A stretch of 64,000 nucleotides of DNA, from the NCBI GenBank assembly GCA_977030845.1, contig OZ365114.1:15500001-15564000 (forward strand). Direction: 5' to 3'. Each line of letters begins with the position of its first letter. Position 1 is the stretch's first letter. Origin of the DNA: Fimbriosthenelais zetlandica (Eukaryota). Made by a program: the position numbers and the translations under genes. Below are positions 13,601-27,840 of this stretch, in pieces. The notes below the pieces were generated by a model. The model made no database searches. It worked only from the letters and a program-made list of their open reading frames with translations, and was not told the DNA's origin.

Positions 13601-16600
13601 ATGGCTCCACACACAGGAGGGGGCTGGGATTACAGATGCCTAGTCATGTGCATGAACTGGGGGTGGTGATGGGAGTCACATTCTGTTGAAGCAGATGTCA
13701 AAGGCTGACACTTACCTTTTCTTAGGTGACAGATGTGAAAACATATCACGGAATTGATCTTAAATATCGTCAACAATTCTCAAAATGGTCACCCGCGAAC
13801 ATATCCTGTCTACGGGCCTGCCATCCTGAAGTAAAACCTCTTTCTGGCCTTTATAAGACTAAAGAAATGGCATAAACATAACACTTTTAAAGGGGCGTTT
13901 TCAAAGATATTGACTGAGAACCTGTCTGATCATGAGGAAGTCCACAGTGTATTGAGCACACCATTGTGACTTCCTCCCTCTCTGACCAACTGATAGGATG
14001 TAATTATGAATTTTCAATAGAAGAGCCAACATGACAGGAGCTGTGATTTACGACCTGAAGCAGGTCTCCTCTCTTCATATCGATCTCTTTGATTGTCACC
14101 AGCCTCGGCTGCCCTCACAGAGCCCCGCTTGTATTGCTTTTGGGTCAGAACACAACACAATTTCATCTTGGCGAAGAATGATTTGTGTGACTGTCTCTTT
14201 TAGACGATACCCAGCTTATTGTGAATTAAGGGAAGGGGAAAGGACTATAACTTAGCAGCATATTTCATTCTCAGGAGGGGCGGACATTGTGGAAATATTG
14301 TGCAAGCATATTAAACCCATCTCTATGGCGTCAGATCTATGCGTTTTTCGCCATGTATAGTGGTTCCCCCTCAATGGCACTTTCTGGCATCTGGCTGGTC
14401 AGAGACCCAAAGGAAGTCGGCTATATATATGACCCAGCTGATAGAGTCGGGACGTTTACTCTGCCGCTGTGTATTGGCTGTACTTGATAACCTGATATTT
14501 TTCCTGTCCCATGGAAGGCCCTTCCCATACCTTTCAGCCTTCCTTTCCCCCTGGCAATTAGGTACTAAAATCGGAACATGTTCTTAGCTCTTACCATAGC
14601 CGAATCAAGTAATGAAATATTCATTTCTTGGTGGTCTTACGGGGTAATTTTTTTTATAAAATCTCAGAAGGCCAGTCAGCACGATATGAATACCAAACTA
14701 CGGTGGGCCATTTCCCCTGAATTCATATGCAAAACTGATAGCGGCTGTTGGGTCTGAAAGATTTATAGGTCGCATTGAGAATATTGAAATTCTGTCTAAA
14801 TGGAGAACATAACCAAGCTGTTCATCTGGCGGTAATATCAATGAAGTGGCAGAGGCAGGTGGAATCTGTAGATGTTAAGAGATGTTTTAAATTGAAAGGT
14901 GATCGATTGAATAAGGCTGAATCAATGAAAAATACGGCAAGGCACTTGAGAACATTTCCAAACTGAATGTCCTGTACAGAAGTTTCCAGCAGGCGAATGA
15001 AACAATAAGAAAGAGAAGATATTAACTGTAAATCAAAATAACTATTTGGTATTATTTGGATATAAAGCAGACGATGAATCGTTTCTGTTTGCTCTCCATG
15101 AAATGTGCACCGGTAAAATATCCACCAATCTCTAAACCATGAGATACCATGTAATTATGTGGTTGTGATAGAATGGCAATGTATTGTTTCAATCTTTGCA
15201 AATGCCACACATCCAGCAATTATTGCCCTGATGCACCTGTTTATGCTCAGTCATGCCAATCCGGAATGCGGGCTGTGTTTCGCCTGCAACAAATGTTATA
15301 TGAAGGCATGAATCCATGCACGGACTTCTACAATGAATTTGCACTGATTGCTCATGTTTTAAAATGTAACTAAGCCCTGGGACATCATTTACAGCGCATG
15401 ATATCGTTACCCTTCAATAATATTTACCAAGGACATATTTCAGCACTTACTAGCAGTAAAACTATAAGTACAATTTAAAAAGAAAACTTCTTTTTTAAAA
15501 TCAATATCAAGATTCTTAGAAGCTGTTAATTCCATTTTTATAAGTACACATAGACATACAGTTTTTCCATGTCTTCCTCCATTCCCCATATATTTTTTTC
15601 GACGAAAGCTTGCGTTAATTAGAAGATTCTCAAGTGCAAGATACTGCCAGCGACAAGTATCAGATCAGAGATGGGGCAAGCTTCAGGACTTACTAATTGG
15701 AGTCTGGAATATTGCCAAGTGGCATGTGGGTAAAGGCAGCTGATGGAGGAGACTAAAGAAGGAGCCTGTGCCAGAACAGGTCAGCAGGGAAGGCAACTTC
15801 CTCCTTAAATGCGTCTTAATTACCTAATGGTGATTTGAGTCCCTCTCTAATACCATATCATCATGACATCACCTTATCTGTTACATATATCAGTGAGTAA
15901 CTCACATCATTAACCTATATCTAAGAGCAGCTTTGACAGACGTAGCACACAGCAAATAAATGATTAGAATAACTATACTTGTCATAATTGAAGTGATCCC
16001 GGCTGATGTGATTCGATCGTCCCAAATCATGTCAAAGTTGTCATAGGAGATAGTCCCTGGGTAAAGAAACTGGACTGCCTTATATTAAGACACCCTGTTC
16101 TGAATAAATTTCCTTTTCCAACAGGAGCCTTTTTTTATATAGGACCCCATTCCGGCAGATGTCCTTTGACATATGCAAGAGTAAGAGAGTGATTAGTCTT
16201 GCAGTTTATGGGAAGAAGCAGGACATATAGGTTAATGAGGCAGTTGTTGCTTCCCTAAGAACTTGAGGTGGTCGAAGGCCAGGGGCAATAATCCAATTGT
16301 TATGCAAAGATGAGCTAGTGACGTGACTTGATGTCACTTGCTGTCCTATTCTAAGAGAATTTCTGACCACACCTTCAGCATTTCCAGATGAATGATCCAT
16401 CATAGTTGATTACTTTATCAATCAAATCCTGGTTATAGCACTCATTTTGTTCTTAATGATAATTCATTCCTCATAATTTGCTCAGTTATCAAAACTGCCT
16501 AATGAATACTCATTAACAGAAACTCGAGTGAGAAAGGATTGCCTCTGGGCTTCATTCTTGATATATTTGATTGCTCGTATTTCAAGCACAGCTGAATTCC

Positions 16601-18029
16601 TTTCGTGGGAGATACATATGAAGCAAGGGCAGAATTGAATAGGGCAGAAATCTTATTTTTAGATCTCTTGGCCGCCTCGTATACATAGATTTTTATGGAG
16701 ATGAAGTATCTGACGCTAACCAAATGAGCTGCTCACCATGGCTTGATGACATCAAAAACGCAATCAGAATCTGACAGATGGAGCAGCTCAGTGGCTTTCC
16801 TCATAATGATGATAAAGGGCATACATAAGCAGTGCTGAGGACTACATTCTTAAACCAGTCCACAGTTACTATACGGTATAGTTGTATATTATAAATGATA
16901 GTCCTTGTTATGACAGAACTGGTTGAAGTATACAGTAAATAATAAGAGTTATTGCATTCAAAATTAATCCAAAACAGGTGGAAGGTCAATTCATTTCTAA
17001 TAATTCTGTTGTATATATGTTAGTTTTACTACCATGGACCAGGCCTCGTCTATTTACTATACTGTATGGCAGTATACTGTAGTTCTGTCTGAATGTAGAG
17101 CCCCTACCGGACACAAAGCAACAATTCTCATAAAGATTACCCTAGCTTTCCTCGCCTGACCTTCATCACCCCCTCGCTTCCAACCCCAGCAAGCTGGGGT
17201 CGACCGCGACAGTTGAACGGGGCCAATTGTCCTGGTGGTCGGGATTTATTAAGCTTGGATTGCATACAAATTAGCGATTTATGAGAATGACCTCTCAACA
17301 TCCCACCAGATACAATTCAATAAGAGTAGTCATGAGTTCATAGTATTGAGTTGGCATATATGTAAACAAACTATGCAGCGACTGTCTGTTTGGCGGCACA
17401 GGGCAGTTCTGATTGACTCATCATGTAGTCAGACAGTCGCCGACATTTTTTTTCCGTACACAATGTTTGTATGAATACAGTACCATGGAAATTGATGAAT
17501 GCCAATGACTTCCTTCCCCTTTTATTTTTGCTATGGTTCTCCAATTCTCAAAGTCACTCAAAGATGCAATTGGCAATTGCATGACCAAACCATCTGTTCT
17601 CATTTCAGACATTTTCTTAAACTCTTGATTGTTTCTGCGTTCAATTATCTTCAGATATGGGTTTAGAAATGTTCCTTACATTCTCCACCCACTGCACTTC
17701 CCCACGCAACCAGCTGCTACCCTGATTATATCTATCTAGGTTACTGTGTGATTAGTGAACATCCATTACAAGCAGGCCAGATTAATCATGGCAATAATAT
17801 CGAGAGATTCACATCTGAACACTGTTCTCTGCTCTCCTCTTGTGTGTTTTGTCCTCTTGCATCATCTTGTCAAAATAGCACATCTTCATTGCATGCATCT
17901 CATGAATTTCAGATTATAAATCCGCATAACGTAGAAGATAAATTCACTCAATCCACTACTCCCCCAACCAGATCCCCCCTTGCAAACCCTCTTATTCCAA
18001 ATAAAGTGTGTAACCCCCAGTAGGTTCAA

Positions 18030-18440
18030 CCCCACTGGGGCACATGCCCTAATATACATTCAACAGCAATGTGTTGCCCCCTCCGAAGGGGGTCCACTTG
18101 AACATCAGATATTGCCCCTACGGACATGGTGTGCTCGAGCATGCGGAAAACTGCATCTGCAGAACAAACATGAAGGATGGCTGATACAACTGGTTATTTG
18201 TCACTCTTATCAGCTCTTATCAAAAAGATTGCTGCGTGATACCGCATGGGATTCTGACATGATTTTCGTTGGCATCCACGCTAAGCAAAGAAAGCTTTTA
18301 TACTGCGGCTATTCCTTGGGCTCCAGGCAGACAAATGGCATTCGCTTCGAGAGGATCTGGTTGAAAAATATCAAACACCAGTATTGATCTTTTCTCGTGT
18401 TGTTCTTTGGATGCCTTTCAACAAGCGACCTACTCTCAGG
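18030..18440 (-). mobile_element. Decayed DIRS/Ngaro-like tyrosine recombinase relic
   Basis: Minus strand: LLKGIQR, FFNQIL, FLCLAW...MSE (cf. LAFFGFLR.SE), VDPLRRGQHIAV (cf. KTDPFRRG..I.I) and MCP (cf. LCPV). Confidence 0.45.
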
Positions 18441-21400
18441 TTCCTGTGTTGGCAGCTCCTTGTGATAAAACCATTTATAACACAAGGATCGTAATACTAC
18501 ATTTTGTACTCAATTATCTCTCTCCCAAATATTAGGTAATGTTAATTGATGTATATTTGAATTGCCATGGAATTAGCCGTCCATTAACACCATTGTTCTT
18601 TAGCAGCAATTTTAACTGCTGACGTGCAATACTCTCAGGATACATAGTGAAGGTCGACATGTTATTTACCTCAGGAAAAGGTCAAAATATGTTGGCCAAA
18701 AAATGTTTTGAACAAAATCTAAAAGTGCTTGGGGATCTACTACTCTGAAAATATGAAACCATTGGGCAAAAGGCGACGAGGATAGATTTTATAAGCAAAG
18801 ATGCATTTACTCAAAATCCCAAAAGATGCGACCTTGAAGCTAAAAAAGAAGTGAGTTTAGAATATGGAGCCTCCCGAGGATTCCTATGAAAAGCTTTGAC
18901 TAAATAGATACACTTGGTATACGATAAACAATATCTTACTGTATGAAAGGAGCAAGCCTCTGTGTATAGAATCCTATTCTGTAGTACAATCATGCAATAA
19001 GCTTTGACAAATGACAAGGCGACACCTCCACTTCATTCTGTAACTTGTGAGGTGTACGCCATCTAATTATGATCGATTCGCTAGCCACCAAAGCCTGGCT
19101 TATGTTTAGAAATGAAGATCTGCTGGAGATAATCTCGGAATTATATCACTAGATGACAATAAGTAATTCATGCCGGCTGGAAGCAGAGAACAGTTGACTC
19201 TTAGACTAGAAAATGATAATGAACACAATACCCGCTTGACAATTCTGATTTGTACCATGGCATTGTAATTATCTTTTGTATGAGTACTATCACTCTTGCC
19301 TTATGCCCGCGGGAGAGTTCGTATGGACAAGTTTTCAAATTGGAAGTGAAATGAACAAATGTCTAAATGGTATGGAGGCCGAGGGCTGGAAATCAGACCA
19401 GCCGAGGTCGATGAACATAATCAATTATTGCAAAAGTCAAAAATATGTTGTACGTAGTCATTATGCAAAAAAACCCATTTTATCCTTGATTGCATTATTT
19501 GTTTTGACGATTGGGTACTCCCAATAAAAGAACCTGTCCTCTTTTATCCCCCCTACACTAAAGTAGTGTGAACTTTTTTGTAGCCATAATGTTTGTAATG
19601 AATTTATTGTGAACAAAGGGGATCATCAGTCCACTGCCTCTCTAAAATCAAAATTTAATGTCAACATGAAAGCAGCCGGTTTTCACATTTATCAATTAAA
19701 TCTTAAAGGCAAGATGTGACATTGACAACAATTTATGGCTGGGGGACCCTATGCTTAGATGAAGATTTCATTAGATGAATGTGGAACTGTCTAATGTCAC
19801 CCTGACAACCTGATAAATTGATGTAAAAAGTCATAGAGTTAATAAGCAGGGACAAAGTAGACTTTGTGGGTGTACGTCACTTTATTGGCAGAGGATGGTC
19901 GGTCCTTTACTACGTCTATATATACTCCTATATTCCTTTAATAGTAAATATCCACTGTGTATATTGTGGAGTTGTCCTACGGTAACATGTTGTATAAAAG
20001 TCCAGCAGATAAAACACCGGCCAACATGTCGCTGGAACTACTTTTTGTCCAACCAATATATCATACAGTAGTGGAAGGCACCAGCTGCTTAACAATAAAT
20101 GTGCTGCTCATAAAGAAACATCCTCAGACAGCTATGTGCTCTAGGCGTTTGATATAGGATTTCTCCCAGTGAGCTTTAATCTTTTCTTTATTTGATATTG
20201 ATCAATATATAATGGCAATGAAATAATATTGCTATTGGTCTAGAATACACGGGATCTGTTGGCAATTGCCTTGCACGGGACTATGGATTGTGGATGGGGC
20301 TTGGGCAAATATGCAATGCAGATGGATGGTGGGTGCAACGGAAAGGTGGCTCAATATTGGGAGTGTCAAAGCAAGGGTTGGGGTGTTCTAAGTTGTCTTA
20401 TTGGTCTATATGAGAAAGACCATAGTCATCCCTAAGAGCCTATAGACTTGAGACCTGAAATTGCCCAAGATAATGACAGACTAGGGAGAACCCCCTTGGG
20501 GAATATATTGGGCTCATTCCCATAAATATGCAGAGGAATGAAGACTGTTTCCCCAAAAAATGGAGGGAAAGGGAGAAGTTGGTGAGACCAAGCCAACATG
20601 GGTCGTAGATTGCATATCATCATGGCCATTAAATTATGCAGGGCCAATTGTGCCGCTGATCAAAAGTAACGTCGCATGGGTCAGAGATTAGTAAAGAGTT
20701 ATGGCCCGAAGGCTGTGAGGTACCGACAAGCGAGCCGGAGGGAGACATGCTTAATGTAGGTGTATGATGATTCTGAGGTAGATGGATAGGGCGAGTCTTG
20801 GCTCAGCTCCCAACCATCATTAGGAGGACATTCCTTATCCATTCTCTTCGGTGATTACATTGTATGCTTCAATTATCGCCCGCCACACATGCTCTAAAGA
20901 TCACCCATAGTATCCTTCTAGCGGGTGCCTCGGCTAATATTGAGTGTGAGATGTATAGACTTGCTTCCATCTTTTTCCTCACCTTCTTCTGCTATGGGAG
21001 TTAAGGATCTATCAATCAGTGCCGGCGGGGTAATATGTCCGTCGTTTATCTATATTTCATCACTCCAATAATAACCAAGGCAAGATGAGGGAAGGCTCTT
21101 GAATGGTAGCCTATCTAAATATTATACCGTCTATACGATAAGCAACCAAGTTTCCCCTTCTAAGTTATGATGTTTTGATGAAAACAAAATAGATGGGATA
21201 TAAATGTTTCTGTCGAATAGATAAGAAAGGTGTGTCACTTTTCAGGCAATTGCTCTCTGATGTAGTTTTATTCAAGATGTTTCTTACAATCATTCGCTTA
21301 AGACTTTGAAATTCGTTTCAGAGTATGTACATAAAGCCTATCAAGACCTGTCTATTGTCTCAAATACTTTCTTGTTGGCAACGGGCAGGCAGGCAGACAT

Positions 21401-23729
21401 TCAGGGGACAATAGAAAAAGAATACTTGATAAAAGACACATTTCCAACATCAGTACAGGGCTCAAAACACTCCATTCCAAACACATACGACTTGTAAAAT
21501 CCTACGTGTAAAAGTCTGACTAGTCGGCGTAACGTATTCTCTATTATTTAACAGAGCAGGCTATACAATAGAGAGAATTCAAAGACAGCAGATCCCTTAG
21601 AGGCTCCCAGACTTCCTCTGCACTTTTCAAAACTCAAATGATTTATATGTTCGCTTAAATAAGTAATCCATGAAATGTCATGGCATTTGTCCTATTTATA
21701 ATCCTTTTATCTTCGTGTCTATGTTATTGGATATGGCCTGGGTTGAAAATTGCCATAGAACTATATTTAGTGTTAACTATGCCTACTGCCTGAAATATGT
21801 CCTTGGATATAAGGTTACCACAGCCATGTTACACTGTGAAGTATAACCATTGATCCCTTGATATATTTCACTTTTACACTTCATTGGTTAAAAAATCGTA
21901 TACATGTACAAACATTCTTGCCTATTGTCTTAATATTAACAGCATCAAGAAGAGACAGATTGCCATTGATTTTAAATAATTGCTATATGTCATCCATTAC
22001 CTTGATTGAAAATCCGGTAAGAGGATAAATTGAGATCAAAGGCAGATGACAGGTTTAATACTATTCAATGTATAGCCTACGTTGTGTCTCTTTATTACTT
22101 TTCTCCGAGACACTGCTACAAATGCCACATTGCCTATGATTGTATTATATATCATATATTAAGTATATGAAATCACCCTAGATATAATTGACCCGCATTT
22201 AAATCACAGCTTGCATTGTGTAATTGCACCATTGTCATTGATTTAATTAGTATATTTATAAAGTGAAGCTATAGACTTATGCTTTTCTGAACAGTAAATG
22301 ATAACCCCATCCCTCAGGCATCTTCAGAAGAGAATCTTCTGGTAAATAATGCAATTCTTATCTACGCTTTATTCGATCTGGATTCCAATCATTTCCAATG
22401 GCTTTTTCTCGGCGTCCTGTTGGCAATTTTCATGCTGATATATTTTATGCCTTTGGAAGGCGAATTTACAGTCATTCACAACTGTGATGGGCCTGGAGCT
22501 TTATGCAGTATGACTAGTCCTAGTACCACGACCTGAGGCACCCTCTAGTGAGAAATTCTCGAAGCTCTTTATAATGGTGGGTCCGCCTATCTCCCTGAGG
22601 GCGAACCCAGGGCTGAAAAGATGTATGGCGGAGAAAAGAGGGCAACCAGAACCGTGCACAGCCCTTAAAGTCTAAACGATCCATCTTCAGATTCTCTCCT
22701 CAGGGGAATAGTGAAATATCTACTTAATGGTTAAATTATTATCCAGAGGCTAGTGTCTGCCTGCATGGGCTGCTCTCTTGTTGATGCTATTTATTCACCC
22801 AGTTTCTCAACATTGGCTTATTGCTTTCCAATGGCTCGGCAACCGATGAAAGACAGTTTTATATGGAAATAGATGTGAAGTCAGTTACCAAAGGCAGAGG
22901 ATGGTGACAAGATGACAAAGCAGAGCAATTATAATACTAAAGAACTCATTCCAGCTTTAATGTCTCCCACCTCTGTTTCTGAGCTTTCTCCGGTTCTGAT
23001 CCGAATGCCAGTTTCAGAGAGGATTTTTCAAAGGCTTCTCTTTAATGAATTATGACTGCTGCATATCAATCAGGTGGATCAGATTTTGCTCCAAAAATAC
23101 CAAGTGGCTGGATGCACTGAACAGGCCTTCTCAGCGCGAAGCTATGGGGAAATCCCAGCAATTCAAACCATCCTCCCTTCAGACTATGGATTTGCATTAA
23201 GAAAATGTCCAATTTCCTGGTCCACGGCTGGCTCTGGGCCTCGTGGTGCTAAAGCCAAGAGCCGATACTAATTGATATGCAGGTGCCAGGGCCCTCTCTC
23301 GGACTAAAAGTAGGGGGCACAACAGGGGATTAAAGGGGGTGAAATGGTCTTGGCTCTTTCTTGCCATTAACCAATTCCAGAGTCTGGTGTAGGGCCTAAT
23401 GACCTTTTCCCATTGTGTGAGGACATTGGACCTTGTGTCGCTGCCAGTACATTTAGCTATAATTTATCTGGTTGGAAAACATCTAAAGAGAACAAAAGAC
23501 CTGTGTTATTGGATTCAATACTGGATGCTATATCGGGCCCTAGTCAACACAGTAAGCGATCCCTTAGGTTGATGATTTGTTTATTGTCCTTTCCCCTCAA
23601 TGCACCTCCGAAGTCACATCAAAGACCTTAAGTGGTTCCATCTTTTACCCTTTATATGAAATCTCACCGGTGAAGCACTCGCCTTTTTTCGCCTTTTTCA
23701 TCTATACAAACATGCCTCTTATTATTGAG

Positions 23730-24130
23730 CTCGTCCTTGAGAACAAACAGTGGCTCTCCCTCGCGTATGTTGGATGAATTGAGTTCCCCTTTACCTCTGT
23801 GGGTGGCAACTCCAAAGTGGAACGATAAACCAGTAAAGCCCGGGCCGCTCCAAAGCTTCACAGACAAAAGGAAATGGCAATATGAATAATATAAGGCGGA
23901 GTGTGGGATGGCCCTGTGGGACGTCCATCTGAATGTTCCAGTCCGCAAGCCCCTTTACAGATCCCTCAATGAAGATTCTCCAATAAATCCGCTCCCAAAG
24001 CAAGAGATTGAAAGCCAGCTCACCACCCAGTGTCTTTTCTCTTCAAACCCTTTCCCCTTTCTCTACCAAAACGTAAATTGCAGCCTCCCCAACCTTTCTG
24101 AAGATGGACAAACTGGTTGATTGTACGCAA
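23730..24130 (-). mobile_element. Decayed non-LTR (L1/Tx1-like) reverse transcriptase relic
   Basis: Minus strand: FGSGFI (cf. FG..FI.W), MDVPQG..LILFIL...EAL (cf. GVPQG.PLSPLLF.L..E.L) and NSIHPTYA...LFS (cf. L.YADD..LF). Confidence 0.55.
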
Positions 24131-24562
24131 TAAATCGTGTTTGAGGCAGAAATGTATGTAATTGCGGTTCCTGATTCTGACTCTTGATGCCAAGCAAATC
24201 CCTGATGCAAAGCGCTTCTTACCCCATTTCCGTATAAGATAATCTCTTTTCACGGGACGTAAAATAATCTGTTGAAGGTCTTCAGTACTCATTCTTTATG
24301 ATCCATATATATAATCTCTAATCTCCTTCCCGCTGCTGGTGAATCCCTCTCAGTCATTCATATTTGAGTCTTGCAGCTTGCTCGGAGCACATGACGGGGA
24401 ACGTTATGCTCCCCACCTCTATGCCCTCTGGTGTTTTAGTCGAGCATTCGAGTAGCAAGGCCAGGATATGGCTCTCTGTATGCTGTATGTGTGTATTATT
24501 AATGAAAGAGGGATTTCTTTTTACATGTATTTATGGGATTTCTCTGTCTGTTGTTTTTATAG

Positions 24563-24676
24563 GGAGCTTCTGCTAGTTGCCGTAAACGAACCTTACCTTG
24601 TGAGATGAATGAAGTGAAGACACCGTGCCCCCCTCCCCCACCGCCAAGGCGCCAGGAGAACGTCTACACCACGCAG
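24563..24676 (+). CDS. Exon A of a probable type II membrane EGF-repeat protein; likely start ATG at 24605 (MNEVKTPCPPPPPPRRQENVYTTQ)
   Basis: Acceptor ttgtttttatAG at 24561-24562 and donor CAG|gttagc at 24677. The phase-0 end joins exon B in the only frame of exon B that is open. The frame is also open from 24563 (GASASCRKRTLPCE-M), so the protein could begin in an upstream exon that I did not identify. Confidence 0.7.
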
Positions 24677-24680
24677 GTTA

Positions 24681-24748
24681 GCTTCTTCTTTTCCCCTTTC
24701 TTTTTCCTCCCTTTTCCTCCTTTTTCTTCTTCTTCTTCTCTAGCTTTT
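24681..24748. repeat. Pyrimidine tract ((CTT)n/(CTTTT)n-like) just downstream of the exon A donor
   Basis: cttcttcttttcccctttctttttcctcccttttcctcctttttcttcttcttcttctct. Confidence 0.85.
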
Positions 24749-26379
24749 AGATATTGAGTTTATTTTACTAATTACAGCTATTTTCAGTCCTGTTTAATTA
24801 ATCTAATAACTACAATACTTTTTTACAAAGAATATTTGACAAGTCTATTTGTCATATTTTCATAAATTATGCTATCAGTGTTTTGTTTGCAACGGTTTAT
24901 CAACCAGAATGTAGTGCTAGCTATACTGGAATATGAACCGAGTAAATAATTATAAGAAGGGCTTACATCTGTACAGTGAAGCTGTCCGGATTAGCTACAC
25001 TTAATCTGATAACTTTTGAAAGTAATTAGTAAAATTAATAGAAGGGACTGTTCCATTCCACTTCACTTTTAATGAGAAATGATATGATTCATTAAAGGAG
25101 ATTTAAAAGTTTGGTAGGTCCTAATTGTTAGGCGTTGGAAGCTTCTAATTAAAGACATAGACTGATAGTTGTTTGTAAATTTGATTAGCCATTCTGCATC
25201 TGTTTACTAAGAAGGATGCAATATTGTATTCCTAAACTCGCAGCTCGTAAGCAGTATGTGAAAAGTATTGGTATTCCCTGGCTTGACTTGGTCTCCCTAT
25301 CTTAAGTAGTACTGGGAAAGTGGAAAGAGACTCAGGAAACTGAAAACTCATGAAGAGTCACAGAGACGTGCAGGGGTTATCCCCTTGTGGTAGGGCATTC
25401 AACAACAACTTGATTAAAATGAGGACTCCTAGTGGATAATATATTATGCTCTTGCATTTGCTAATACCCTAGTGTACAGTTGAGGATGAAGAAAAATTCT
25501 CTGTCTGGTAATAGAATGCCCACAGATCATTCATTTTGAATTCAGTAGCGCTGTAACTCGTAACATTTTAACGGTTAGGGTCCAGACTATGGAAACTGGT
25601 GTCTTTGGACTAAAATACAATCTGTCATTTCCGAAACAAAGGGAGTCGATTGCTTTAAATTTGTCGCCGTTGTAAAAAGGGATAGCTGCCTTGCTCAGTA
25701 CAATGTGATTACGTCACTTTTGTTCATAATATATCAACGTAAGACATTCTAACAGAAAACATTTGATTTTCAATGGATCAAACTATGCATAAATGTGAAC
25801 TTTTGTTCGATATTTATTACCATCTACCTCTTGCCAATATTTTCCTACGTTTGTCTTTTCCATAAAATTGTCCCTTAACTAAGAAGTATCTAGGAAGAGT
25901 AAAAAATGTTTTCGTGCAGTCTCAAACTTGGATATCCTATAATAAATCACTCATGACACTTACTTGAATTCAATTTGTGTCAAAGTTAGGGAACTTTTGA
26001 GTGCCAGATGTGGCCTCTCGACTTTTAGCCGCTGAGACTTCTGAGAATTAACAAACTTCAAGCATCTAGGCTGTCATGAGGCTCACTAAAGAACATGATG
26101 TAGACTTCCCATATAGATACACCTAATAGGTACACATTTAATAAAGCAGTTATAAGTTCTCTGGTTTCTATTTCCTAGTAGGTATCACTTGTAAATTGAT
26201 ACGCAATAGTATGACTTTTGATAAATCATTGTGAACGAACTAAGAATGAATAAATGAATGAATAGTTATTCAAGTAATAATACGATACACTGCTATTATG
26301 TATATCACATTGCATCGTGTTTTGAGAGTCTATATAGTGAGAGTTTATTGCATGACTATATGCATGCCATGGTGTCGGG

Positions 26380-26620
26380 TATGCATTCCATTTGCTGACC
26401 AGTGACAATATAGCACCGGGCTCTGACCCTTGCTGCAGACTGCCCGCCACACAAATAGCCAAAAGAAGTGAGGCGATATTCTGGCCATCGAGATTAAATG
26501 TCAGCGCTGACAATGGCGCCTCATTTGATGCGGCCTGTGGCAGCGAGGATAACGCCAGAGAATGACGCCAGGGGGTGCCAAAATGCAGCCATTACTGCTC
26601 TCTGTGAGAGGGGATCATGG
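26380..26620 (-). mobile_element. Decayed DIRS/Ngaro-like RNase H relic
   Basis: Minus strand: *WLHFGTPWRHS (cf. WWL.FL..WNG.S), QAASN (cf. TDAS), NIASLLLAICVA (cf. I..LEL.AIVVA) and RVRARC (cf. RV.FHCDN). Confidence 0.4.
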
Positions 26621-26899
26621 CACCCAGGCAGGACACTGGAGGGACGGCGGACACCTTCAATACTGCACTATTACTCCTGGCTCCTCCAGGGTCAAGGCTG
26701 ATAGGGACAGCGGAAGGGCTAAGTGTCCGACTGACTGAGACCAAATCAGTCGTGGCCACTTCTATTGTACTGATTCCAATAGGTGGTTTCTGAGTGAGTG
26801 TTGGGTGGTCTCTATGTACCGCAGTGGTTGGTATTGTATAAAGTCTACTTAATAAAGGCTCTCATGCTACACTCCATCCATGTTATCAAATATAGTCCA

Positions 26900-27160
26900 T
26901 TCTTGCTCCACCTCCTCCTACTTTCCCCTACCACTTCCTATATCGCCTCCCAACACATCCCACTTGCTCACACCATCTCCCAATATCTCCCACTCCCTCC
27001 CCCTTTCTCCCATCACCTCCCACTCTCCCTCCCACCACCTCCCACTCTCCCACCTCCTCCACCATTCTCCTACCATCTCTCCCAGCCCCCCACCACCTCG
27101 CCTTTCACCTCCACCTCCCCCTTTCACCTCCACTTCCCTCTTTCACCTCCACCTCGACTT
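26900..27160. repeat. C/T-rich low-complexity tract built from CTCCCA/CCACCT/TTTCACCTCCAC units
   Basis: Directly visible and nearly G-free on the + strand. It accounts for the Pro/Ser/His-rich and Gly/Glu-rich ORFs in the track. Confidence 0.9.
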
Positions 27161-27329
27161 TTGAAATTCACATTCAACCACTGCCTCACCCCTGACCTGT
27201 CTATTTATGTTCAACACAGTCTCTCAGTTTTTACCCATCCTCTGTATAATTTGCCTTCAGCGCTTTCTCGAGAGATAGACTTGAAAATACCACTGGTCTC
27301 ACTCCAAAACAGCCTGTCATTGTCTTGCT

Positions 27330-27840
27330 AGATTGCCTTCTTCAACTGCAAATACAAGTCAATGGTTGCCTGCTCCGTCCATATCTCAGGACTGGTACCA
27401 TTAGCTCCTTCCTGCCCCTCTAATCCCGGATTAACCCGTGTTAATAAAGCATTTCACTGCAGTTTGCTTGACATTTACAGCGACCATCTAATGAACCTCT
27501 CTCTTGGTGACCCGCACTATAGCACTGCAGGCATTGCAGGATGGGACCATCCGGTTAATTTAAAAATATGCTGCCGTCTGACTTGCTCCTTTGCACTTGT
27601 GTCAACGTCTCTTTGCTATAATGATTCTATATAACCCCCCTTGGCATATTTTTCTCAACCACCTCAATTCGGTTAACATCACAATCCACTTGGAAATGTA
27701 TTGTTCTTGACATGCCCTGGCTCTGCTGTCATCCTTGGTAGGAGATTAATCTCAAACTCGCCAACGACCTTTGTGTTGTCGTTGAGCGGTCACCACCTCC
27801 AGCTATATTGGTCAGGTCTCTAATTATCTGGTCATTCACT
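27330..27840 (+). mobile_element. Decayed Penelope-like element reverse transcriptase relic
   Basis: FFNCKY...PLAPS (cf. F.FN...Y.Q..G.AMG..LAP), FLNHLNSVNITIHLE (the PLE hallmark FLNHLNS...I.FT.E) and PTT....SGHH (cf. KPT...YL...SHH). Confidence 0.55.

Noticed and set aside
22295-22535. About 80-codon open frame with a hydrophobic stretch after an acceptor-like site.
   Set aside because: Frames of this length are expected many times by chance in 64 kb. It has no recognisable domain and ends in a stop.
24592-24676. Minus-strand donor CAAG|GTAAGG overlapping exon A.
   Set aside because: No acceptor or promoter on that strand; most likely incidental to the coding sequence.
25964-26040. Minus-strand 77-nt segment with good acceptor and donor.
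   Set aside because: No partner exons were found, and the context looks like a non-autonomous DNA transposon fragment.
26798-27331. 177-aa Pro-rich ORF and its overlapping ORFs.
   Set aside because: They are an artefact of the C-rich low-complexity tract.
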